Shown here piece by piece: positions 42,649 through 50,505 of a stretch of 64,000 nucleotides of DNA; the stretch's first letter is position 1; every line of letters starts with the position of its first letter. The DNA lies in IMG/VR virus record IMGVR_UViG_2684623151_000005; one strand, 5' to 3'. Below the pieces are notes generated by a model. It was not told where the DNA came from, did not search any database, and was given only the letters and a program-made list of their open reading frames with translations. The translations under genes were made by a program, and so were the position numbers. Source of the stretch: an uncultured virus (IMG/VR IMGVR_UViG_2684623151_000005). Lineage: Duplodnaviria > Heunggongvirae > Uroviricota > Caudoviricetes.

Positions 42649-42895
42649 TTTTAGTAACATAATAAAGTAGAGGCATTTTAGCTGTACTACAACAAAAGAA
42701 GCATTTTAGCTATCTTTAAATTATAGTTGCTATTGAATGTTGACATATAAAGCAGTTCGTATATGCTGTTTTTTATTGAGTTCTCGCAGGGTTTTAATGC
42801 ATTACCACAAATACGATAGGCTATAAATTGTAAATAAAATAGCTGAAAGAAAAGCATATTGATTAAGGGTTGGCTATTGTGTCATATAGTAGCTA

Positions 42896-42966
42896 AAGTA
42901 AGTAGTTTAATTAAAACATCATAGATACCATATGAAGAATGTGAGTTAAAATCTCACCTTACACCT
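42896..42966 (+). tRNA. Degenerate tRNA-Val(TAC)-like
   Basis: GTAAG/CTTAC, TCATA-GATACCA-TATGA, GTGAG-TTAAAAT-CTCAC; lacks U33, TTC and D-loop GG. Confidence 0.5.
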
Positions 42967-42972
42967 TTATAT

Positions 42973-43048
42973 GCTGATGTAGCTCAACTGGTAGAGCAAT
43001 TGACTTGTAATCAATAGGTTGTGGGTTCAAGTCCCACCGTCAGCTCCA
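42973..43048 (+). tRNA. tRNA-Thr(TGT)
   Basis: Canonical cloverleaf, loop CTTGTAA, CCA. Confidence 0.95.
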
Positions 43049-43083
43049 TTCCTTCTATGTTAAATAATTTTTTGAATATCTTA

Positions 43084-43170
43084 GGGAAGTTATTCTGTAG
43101 TTGGTAGCAGGGTAGACTGTAAATCTATTACCGTAAGGTTCGGGGTGTTCGACTCACCCACTTCCCACCA
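43084..43170 (+). tRNA. tRNA-Tyr(GTA)
   Basis: Loop CTGTAAA, long variable arm, CCA. Confidence 0.9.
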
Positions 43171-43174
43171 TTAT

Positions 43175-43244
43175 GAAGAAGTAGCTTAATGAAAGCCCTA
43201 TACCTTTAATATAGTAGATGTAAGTTCAAATCTTACCTTCTTCA
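43175..43244 (+). tRNA. Atypical tRNA-Lys(TTT)
   Basis: GAAGAAG/CTTCTTC, CTATA-CCTTTAA-TATAG (C33), short D-loop, no CCA. Confidence 0.6.
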
Positions 43245-43253
43245 ATTTAATAT

Positions 43254-43329
43254 GGAGATATAGTTCAACGGTCAGAGCAACTGGCTCATAACCAGTAAGT
43301 TGTAGGTTCGAATCCTACTATCTCCACCA
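43254..43329 (+). tRNA. tRNA-CAT (elongator Met or Ile2)
   Basis: Loop CTCATAA, canonical T-arm, CCA. Confidence 0.9.
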
Positions 43330-43360
43330 TTTAAATTTTATAATAAACAAAAAAATATAT

Positions 43361-43454
43361 GGAGAGTTGGTAGAGTGGTTTAATACAGCAGTTTGCTAAA
43401 CTGTCAGTCATTTTAAATAGTGGCTCAAGGGTTCAAATCCCTTACTCTCCTCCA
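43361..43454 (+). tRNA. tRNA-Ser(GCT)
   Basis: Loop TTGCTAA, long variable arm, CCA. Confidence 0.92.
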
Positions 43455-43473
43455 TTCATCATTAATATTATAT

Positions 43474-43548
43474 GGGAAGTTAGCTTAACTGGAAAAGCAT
43501 TCGGTTGAAGCCCGAAGGAAGTGAGTTCAAGTCTTGCACTTCCCACCA
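43474..43548 (+). tRNA. tRNA-Phe(GAA)
   Basis: TTCGG-TTGAAGC-CCGAA, GGGAAGT/ACTTCCC, CCA. Confidence 0.88.
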
Positions 43549-43775
43549 AAAACATAAGTTTAAATATAAAATACTATTTTTGACTTTTATATAAAAGTTA
43601 AACTCCTGAAAGTATTCCTAAATAGTATTAATATTTAATTTATGTTTTCTACGTTGATGTTTTCATTTTTTATTATGTCTTTGATTTTATTTGATTTTAT
43701 TTTACTTTAAAGGTTGTTTATAATAATCTTTGAAATTATAGGTGAGGGGTAATAAGCCCTTCATCTATATATCAT

Positions 43776-43860
43776 GTAGGTATGATGGAATTGGTAGACA
43801 TGTTTGACTCAAAATCAAATGATTAAATTCGTGAGGGTTCGACTCCCTCTACCTACACCA
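43776..43860 (+). tRNA. tRNA-Leu(CAA)
   Basis: Loop CTCAAAA, variable arm, CCA. Confidence 0.9.
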
Positions 43861-43945
43861 CCACGACATAATAAAACTATATAATATAATACAATATAAT
43901 ATAATACAATTACCGATTAAATCACCATATTTAATCGGTAACTAT

Positions 43946-44019
43946 GGAAAGTTAGCTTAATGTGGGCAAAGCGTTTAATTAAAGATTAAAAGAAGTGAGT
44001 TCAAATCTTACACTTTCCT
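43946..44019 (+). tRNA. Divergent tRNA-Phe paralog with anticodon AAA
   Basis: GGAAAGT/ACTTTCC, TTTAA-TTAAAGA-TTAAA; clearly related to 43474-43548; no CCA. Confidence 0.6.
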
Positions 44020-44027
44020 TGATATAT

Positions 44028-44104
44028 AGCAGGATGTAGCAATAGGTAGCTTTCAAGATTCATTATCTTTGAGGTTGAGGGTTCGAATCCCTCTCCTGCA
44101 CCCA
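44028..44104 (+). tRNA. Atypical initiator-like tRNA-Met(CAT)
   Basis: 1:72 mismatch, GCAGGA/TCCTGC, loop TTCATTA, lacks the three G-C anticodon-stem pairs, CCA. Confidence 0.7.
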
Positions 44105-44112
44105 TTTTATAT

Positions 44113-44440
44113 GATTTAGTAGTTTAAAAGAAAATTTAGTAATCTAATAAAAAACATCAATAAACCTCTAAAATCAACTATAAAATTTAAAAATGTATAA
44201 ATATATATTAATTAAATAAAAACAGTATTTCAGTTACCATATCATATACTGTTTAATTACAATTAACTATATGTAAACATTTTAATTTTATAATTAGTTT
44301 TATAATGATTATATCGTTATAAACTTTTAGAAGTATATTGATGTAATTGATTTAGAATAAAAATTAGTATTAGAAAAAACATACTTAGTGTGGTAACTGA
44401 ATAAAAGTATAAGTAGGTTCGAATCCTACCTAAATCACCA
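44113..44440 (+). ncRNA. 328-nt tRNA-shaped structured RNA of unknown class
   Basis: GATTTAG/CTAAATC acceptor, perfect T-arm, ACCA end, nested long helices and 13-bp loop-loop complementarity. Confidence 0.65.
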
Positions 44441-44588
44441 TTTTTTAGCCTATAGAATAAAAACTTTGATTTAAAATTATCTAAAATTATTAGATAAGCA
44501 TAATACATGGAAGATTCAGGTTGTAAGGCTTTTTTTAAATGTATTATGTATATTTATTATTAATTCTAATGCAAGGGGATGTTTTTTT

Positions 44589-44735
44589 ATGGATGAAATT
44601 AGATATATACTTGATAAAGAAACTATCCGAGCTATGTATAGAATTGCTTCTAATAATAAATCTAAAAGAAAAAAAAGAAGTCGTTCTAAACTTAGAAAGT
44701 ATAAAGATTCTAATTGTAAAAATAATGAGGATTAA
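44589..44735 (+). CDS. 48-aa basic peptide inside the tRNA array
   Basis: AAGGGG RBS; MDEIRYILDKETIRAMYRIASNNKSKRKKRSRSKLRKYKDSNCKNNED. Confidence 0.5.
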   Translation: MDEIRYILDKETIRAMYRIASNNKSKRKKRSRSKLRKYKDSNCKNNED

Positions 44736-44756
44736 TAAGCCTCATTATTTTAATTT

Positions 44757-44830
44757 GAGGGCGTAGTTAAATGGTATAACAAAGGTCTCCAAAACCTTAA
44801 TTGGAAGTTCGATTCTTCTCGCCTTTGCCA
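44757..44830 (+). tRNA. tRNA-Trp(CCA)
   Basis: AAGGT-CTCCAAA-ACCTT, T-arm TTCGATT, GCCA end. Confidence 0.9.
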
Positions 44831-44890
44831 AATTAAATATATTATTGAAAAGACAAAGACCTATGTATAAAACACATAGGTCTTTACTTA

Positions 44891-45946
44891 TTAAACAGTT
44901 TGATTTTGTTTTTTCTTTTGAGAATTTTCATGAATTTTCAATATCATATCTAATTGTTCTATTGAATAAAATGTTTTTCTAAAATCAATTTTATTCAATA
45001 AATTATAAGCTTTAAGATATCCATATATCTTAACAAGCAACTCTTCTCCATACTCCAAGAAATCATCAAACAAACCATTATCTAATAGATTAGCAGAACA
45101 TTCCAAGTCATTTATTACTTCATTAACAAAGTAGTTACCTGAAATATTTCTTATTTTTAGATTTTTTATATTATTGATAAATGATGATTTACTCTTACCA
45201 CGAAGGCAACCTTTTTCATCAATAATTTTCAATGTATTGTCTAATACATCGAAAGTTTTGGATAATATAGTACGTATAATATCTTCAATACAATTAAGTG
45301 CATCATTTCTTTTCGAAGCTTCAAGTTCTTCAAAAATATCTAAATCAAAGTAACTCTTATTTTCCAATACTGGAAAGGCACTTAATGACATTTCCATATA
45401 GAAACTTTCTTTATATTTTTCTTTCGATGGAATATCATCTATAATTCCTTGATATATATTAGGGTCTTCACATCCCATCTTAAAAAGACTATCTTTAAGT
45501 CTTTTTTTAAAATTGCAGATTATATTATCCCAATCATTAAATATTTCATCTCTAATTGAGATATACCTTTTCTTTTCTCTATTAAAAACCTCTTTAAAAT
45601 CTCTAAAATCAGGAATTGTTAAGAATTGACCATCATAACCTATAGCCCTTTCTTTAAGTTCCTTTCTTAAATTAGCCTCAATACTTTTTAATTTTTTATT
45701 CATTTGAAGTCCTACATAATCAAAAGCTCCATTGATAAAATAGTCATCCATGAATTTAAGTACATTTTCATCGTTAACTCCAAATGCCTTTACATTTATC
45801 TTAGTATTTCCTCTAATTCGACCTACATGAACCTTAACAAGTAATCCTGATTTTGTTAAAAGGAGTCCTAAATTTTCAAGTTTAACCCCCTGTTCATTTA
45901 TGCCATTTAATAGTTCCTTAGTTTTTTCTTCATTTACATTTAACAT
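44891..45946 (-). CDS. Hypothetical protein (weak DUF3150-like resemblance)
   Basis: Long helical ORF; start moved to ATG 45946 with AAGGAG RBS. Confidence 0.55.
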   Translation of the reverse strand: MLNVNEEKTKELLNGINEQGVKLENLGLLLTKSGLLVKVHVGRIRGNTKINVKAFGVNDENVLKFMDDYFINGAFDYVGLQMNKKLKSIEANLRKELKERAIGYDGQFLTIPDFRDFKEVFNREKKRYISIRDEIFNDWDNIICNFKKRLKDSLFKMGCEDPNIYQGIIDDIPSKEKYKESFYMEMSLSAFPVLENKSYFDLDIFEELEASKRNDALNCIEDIIRTILSKTFDVLDNTLKIIDEKGCLRGKSKSSFINNIKNLKIRNISGNYFVNEVINDLECSANLLDNGLFDDFLEYGEELLVKIYGYLKAYNLLNKIDFRKTFYSIEQLDMILKIHENSQKKKQNQTV

Positions 45947-46059
45947 AATAACGCTCCTTAAATAAAAAAATTTACCTATCAAAATTATATATCACTAACA
46001 AATAAATAAGAATAATTATTCAATAAAATTAACAAAAAGGGATGTACCCTTTATGTTAA

Positions 46060-47112
46060 TTATTCTTCACTATTAGAAAAAGACTTTAAACATATCTTTT
46101 TCCCAAAAAATTCAACAAAATCAGCATAACCATTAGTTCTTTCTAAAAACTCTACATCAGCCAATTTTCTATCCATATAGGACATTAGACCTAATACATA
46201 AGCCTCCTTTGTTTTTGGTAGAACAAAAGAATCTACATTTTCAGAACTCGCTATCTTTCCAAATGTTGAAGCAATCATATGCTCTAACAACATTTTGTCA
46301 GCATCAATCAACTTTGTAGTTTTAGAAAACTCTTCAATCAAAATCTTGTTTGTAAGATATTTTGTATCAAACATTTCTCCTACATCCGTTTTGCTTATAC
46401 TTCCATTATTATTCATTGAGTAAATATTTATCTTACCAACTTCTAATAAAATAGATGCAGTTACAAGAGCCTCTTCATTTAGGTTAGTATTAGTATCATC
46501 TATATTGAAGTTCATAGCCTTATATATGTTGGCTATGGCCTTACAAAGTATAGTAAGTCTTATTGTTCTTGCTAATAATCCTGATTTGAATGAATAACCT
46601 GCTTTTTCAGATGCAGGGGCTTCGAAGAATTTACTTTTTACATCCTCTCTTTTAAATACATTAATTAATAACTCTCTAAATCCAGGATGTTTAATTGAAT
46701 TAAGAATTTGTCTAAATCTATTTTTTAATTCAATTTCATTTACGACACCAAAAGTATCATCTCTTTCAGTCTTTTCTTCGATTTTCTCTACAAACACACT
46801 ATAGTATTTGTTTTTAGAATCAGGAATGCTTTTTACTCTTAAGTAAACTTCACCATAGATATGACCTGGTACTAAACCTGTATATAATTTTTCATCATCC
46901 ATTATGGTAGCATATATTTTGCCAGATGAATCTTCAACAGAAATTGATTTATATCTTTTTCCATTTACCTTTGACACCCTATAATTATTTATGTATATAT
47001 CTCCTTTTATAATGGCAAAATCACCTTTTTCTAACTTAGAGATTTTCTTTTTTATAGGGTTATTAGTTTTTTCGTTTTCCTTGTCTACTTTAACATTGTT
47101 ATTTGTTGTCAT
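46060..47112 (-). CDS. YhaM/Cbf1-like OB-fold plus HD-domain protein with degenerate active site
   Basis: VEDSSGKIYA OB fold; APASEK...GLLART, ILLEVGK (HD replaced by LE), LEHMIAST, PKTKEA. Confidence 0.75.
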   Translation of the reverse strand: MTTNNNVKVDKENEKTNNPIKKKISKLEKGDFAIIKGDIYINNYRVSKVNGKRYKSISVEDSSGKIYATIMDDEKLYTGLVPGHIYGEVYLRVKSIPDSKNKYYSVFVEKIEEKTERDDTFGVVNEIELKNRFRQILNSIKHPGFRELLINVFKREDVKSKFFEAPASEKAGYSFKSGLLARTIRLTILCKAIANIYKAMNFNIDDTNTNLNEEALVTASILLEVGKINIYSMNNNGSISKTDVGEMFDTKYLTNKILIEEFSKTTKLIDADKMLLEHMIASTFGKIASSENVDSFVLPKTKEAYVLGLMSYMDRKLADVEFLERTNGYADFVEFFGKKICLKSFSNSEE

Positions 47113-47241
47113 AACAAATCAATCCTCCTAAAAATAATAATTTATTTATTCCTATTTATTTATTTTTATATTATATATTTAATAAGTTATTTAAATAACT
47201 TATTAAAAAAATAAAAAGGCCTCTTTAATAAAAAAGACCTT

Positions 47242-48213
47242 TTATTCATTTTTATAATACAAAAATGAAAATCCATTAAACTTATTCAATTTAGATATTC
47301 TTAAACTACCACCATTCTCTACTGCTCCCTCTAAATTTTGTGATGGTAAATATCTATCTGATTTATACTTAAATACATTTCTATGTCCATGAATTTGATA
47401 GTATCTATCTTCAGTATTATACATAAATAGCTTATCAACCTCTGTATAATCATTTCCTTGACCATTTATAAAGTTAAAGCTATCTACTAAAAAAAACTCT
47501 CTTGGAAGCCCTGTAAGCCCCCCATGCGATACTAATATCTTTTTCCCTAAATATTTATAATATATATGTTCTTTCATTGAATACATAAATTTTGATATAT
47601 CTATTTTATGTATATCTGAATCTACTAATTGCTTACAAGTATTCATAAAACATCTACTAAGATTAGTATAATTATTTTGTGAATAATGCCATAAATTAGT
47701 ATCATGATTTCCCTCTATAAATATTACATTCATCTTATTTCTTATGGATAAACAAAAACGTATTACATCTAAGTTTTCTGCCCCTCTATCAATCAAGTCA
47801 CCTAAAAAAATATATAATGATTTATCATCATAATTTTCATCCCAAAATCTTTTTAATGCCTTATAACAGCCATGTATATCTCCTATGTGATATATATTTT
47901 CATAATTTGAAAAATTATAAACTTCATCTAAATCACTTATTTTATCTATATAAATCACTTTAAACTTATTTACTAATCTGAAGAAAAAATGCTTTTCACA
48001 ATTTTTATAAGCATATATCTTATATCTATATTTATATATAAGCGTAAGCATTTCCTTTGCCATAGCCATATCTAAATCATTTATATTAAGTATCAAAAAC
48101 CTTCCTAAATTCATATTATTTTCAAGATTTGATGTATTATTTTTTTCGATGAAATATTTATTATATTGTTTTTCCTTAAACTCTGTTCTTGTTGTCAACA
48201 ATATCTTTCGCAT
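47242..48213 (-). CDS. Calcineurin-like metallophosphoesterase (Pnkp phosphatase-like)
   Basis: GDIHGC, GDLIDRG, EGNHD, SHGG, QIHGH. Confidence 0.88.
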   Translation of the reverse strand: MRKILLTTRTEFKEKQYNKYFIEKNNTSNLENNMNLGRFLILNINDLDMAMAKEMLTLIYKYRYKIYAYKNCEKHFFFRLVNKFKVIYIDKISDLDEVYNFSNYENIYHIGDIHGCYKALKRFWDENYDDKSLYIFLGDLIDRGAENLDVIRFCLSIRNKMNVIFIEGNHDTNLWHYSQNNYTNLSRCFMNTCKQLVDSDIHKIDISKFMYSMKEHIYYKYLGKKILVSHGGLTGLPREFFLVDSFNFINGQGNDYTEVDKLFMYNTEDRYYQIHGHRNVFKYKSDRYLPSQNLEGAVENGGSLRISKLNKFNGFSFLYYKNE

Positions 48214-48506
48214 AATTCATCCTTTCTTTTTGTCAATTGTCAATTATAATCATATAATATCACTTTTAAATTTTAATGTAAACTTTTTAAAGTCACATAA
48301 TATTCTATGATTAAACTCTTAAAAAAGGGCAAAAAAAAAGATATTCTATGAATATCAATAATATGGATTGCTTGACTATACTATTATCTTTTTCTTCGTC
48401 TCCTCAAGACAATCCATCATTCCTATGTTAACAATATAATATATAATCATTATCTATAAAATATAACAAAAATGGTTAAAGTAAATACTCTAACCATTTT
48501 TATAAA

Positions 48507-48863
48507 TTATTTTTTTTGAAGTAAGTATATCTTCTCCCCCTTTTGAAGAGTACTTAACTTCTTATGATTTAATTGTTCTGACATATAAATTAGTTTATTT
48601 ATATCCATATTAGGAGTTAATTTTTCTTGTGCTTCCCACGCACTATTATCTCCATTTACACCTATAACAATCTCAACCTCTTTAAAATTATCTAATGAAT
48701 ACTTTGACTCATTAGCATAAGCACAGTAACCTGATACAGTTATTGTAGCTATAAAAAATGCTGATATTACTTTAACCAATACTTTATGATTCTTAGAAAC
48801 CTTTTTAATTAAATCCTTTAATATAACTAAATACGCTAAAAATATAATTGCTACCTTTTTCAT
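48507..48863 (-). CDS. TM plus LysM-like protein (YneA-like architecture)
   Basis: TM helix then GDNSAWE...EQLNHKKLSTLQKGEKIYL. Confidence 0.5.
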   Translation of the reverse strand: MKKVAIIFLAYLVILKDLIKKVSKNHKVLVKVISAFFIATITVSGYCAYANESKYSLDNFKEVEIVIGVNGDNSAWEAQEKLTPNMDINKLIYMSEQLNHKKLSTLQKGEKIYLLQKK

Positions 48864-49007
48864 TTTAAAATTCCACCTTCTTAATAAAATTTTTAATTTA
48901 CCTATTTATTTCTTTTACATATTATATTTACTTAAAGTTGGTATAATAACTTTTAATAAAAAAAAGAAGTTAATTTTATAAAAAAACAAAATTAACTTCT
49001 CTTTAAT

Positions 49008-49184
49008 TCAATATGTTCCTGTTACCAATATATCACCAACTATTGCAGGTAATATAAACAAACCGAAGTAACCTAAACCACCAATTAGTATTATTACTAC
49101 TATAAATTTAGCTGTAGATTTTATAATTAGTTTAAGCACTACTGCTAATAAGATTACAATTAATATAAACAACCATAATGGCAT
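49008..49184 (-). CDS. 58-aa two-TM membrane protein (not in ORF track)
   Basis: MPLWLFILIVILLAVVLKLIIKSTAKFIVVIILIGGLGYFGLFILPAIVGDILVTGTY. Confidence 0.6.
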   Translation of the reverse strand: MPLWLFILIVILLAVVLKLIIKSTAKFIVVIILIGGLGYFGLFILPAIVGDILVTGTY

Positions 49185-49222
49185 ATATTATCACATCTCT
49201 TTCTTAATAATTATTTTTATTA

Positions 49223-49690
49223 TCATTCTATTTTTTCAATTGATTCTAATATTTCGTCTATATATATTATTATCTCATTATGAGATTTCAAATATTTTTT
49301 AGGTATATTTACATCATCTAAATACTCTCTTTGCTTTTTCAATACAGCAACATTATATTTATATTCTTCTTTAGTTAGCTTTTCATGAATTATCTCTTTT
49401 ATTGCTTTAAAAGCCAAATTATAGCTATTAGTTACAGAGTTATAATATCTTTCATACTCAATATTGTTTTCAAATTCTGCTGTTTCTTTAAATATTTCAG
49501 CTATTAATATATTTAATATCACTAATATTAGTGTGGCAATTGCAAATTTAAGAAATATATCCATATAAAGCATTTTTCTTACAACTACTTCACATATAGT
49601 ATTAAAAATAAACATAAAGTATGATAAATATATTAATGCTAATATAAATATCCTTTTAATATTTAAATTCATTTTTTTTAAAAATCTCAA
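49223..49690 (-). CDS. Hypothetical membrane protein
   Basis: Two N-terminal hydrophobic segments; GAGGTG RBS. Confidence 0.55.
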   Translation of the reverse strand: MRFLKKMNLNIKRIFILALIYLSYFMFIFNTICEVVVRKMLYMDIFLKFAIATLILVILNILIAEIFKETAEFENNIEYERYYNSVTNSYNLAFKAIKEIIHEKLTKEEYKYNVAVLKKQREYLDDVNIPKKYLKSHNEIIIYIDEILESIEKIE

Positions 49691-49834
49691 ATTATCACCT
49701 CAACATAATATATAATTTGATATTTAAAATAATAACTTTTGAAAAAGTGTCTATATTGCAAATATATAGTGATTAAATATATTTATAAAAAAATGGACAT
49801 ATGGCTTGTAATAAGCTCACACATCCACTTTTGT

Positions 49835-50260
49835 TTATTTATTTAAAATACTATTTTTTTTATCTTCTATTATAGAAGTTATTTCTTTTTCAGTATTAGA
49901 AAATATAGTCCCAATTTCTATGAGTTCTAAATAACCCTTTTCTTCGCCTTTTTGAATCATATCTAACGCACAATCCATTCTTTTATATAATAAATTTAGA
50001 ACCACTCCGATTTGACTAAATTCATTAATAACAGCACTATTTTTAGACTTCATATTAGAAATTTCTGAACCAATTGAAAGTAATTTATTCATATCTTCTT
50101 GAATGCTTTCTATATTGTTATCTATTGATTCCTTACTTGATAAAGACTTTGCTAAATTCTTTTGTATTTCAAATATACTCATTTCTATTTGGCCTAATTT
50201 TATGGCTTCCATAATATTTATTTCACCATTAAAAATATTCTTTAACATTTTTAAATACAC
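49835..50260 (-). CDS. Hypothetical helical protein
   Basis: 141-aa ORF; start uncertain. Confidence 0.55.
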   Translation of the reverse strand: MYLKMLKNIFNGEINIMEAIKLGQIEMSIFEIQKNLAKSLSSKESIDNNIESIQEDMNKLLSIGSEISNMKSKNSAVINEFSQIGVVLNLLYKRMDCALDMIQKGEEKGYLELIEIGTIFSNTEKEITSIIEDKKNSILNK

Positions 50261-50505
50261 CTCATATAAATATTTTAATAATTCACATTTAATATAATTA
50301 TATTGATTTTTTAAAAATATTATAAGATATTATTGCTTTTAATTTGTCATACGTTAATTTTATAAAATAATATTGAATTTTCAACACTAAAAATAAATTT
50401 ATTTTTATAAAAAAATAAATTTAAAAAATAAAAACAAATAATATTCAATAAAATTAAATATTATTTGTTTTTATAATATAATATTGTTTTTTATCTGTTA
50501 TTATT

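Noticed and set aside
42342..42676. Minus-strand ORFs of 72 and 80 aa
   Set aside because: The 80-aa ORF is the antisense shadow of tRNA-Ser (ESKGFEPL pattern); the 72-aa ORF is antisense to the operon spacer with no recognisable product
44113..44440. Canonical tmRNA (ssrA)
   Set aside because: No GGGG start, no G3:U70 pair and no recognisable tag peptide; kept as an unknown RNA
44539..44766. 75-aa ORF from the track
   Set aside because: No RBS and it runs into tRNA-Trp; the alternative frame 44589-44735 has a proper RBS
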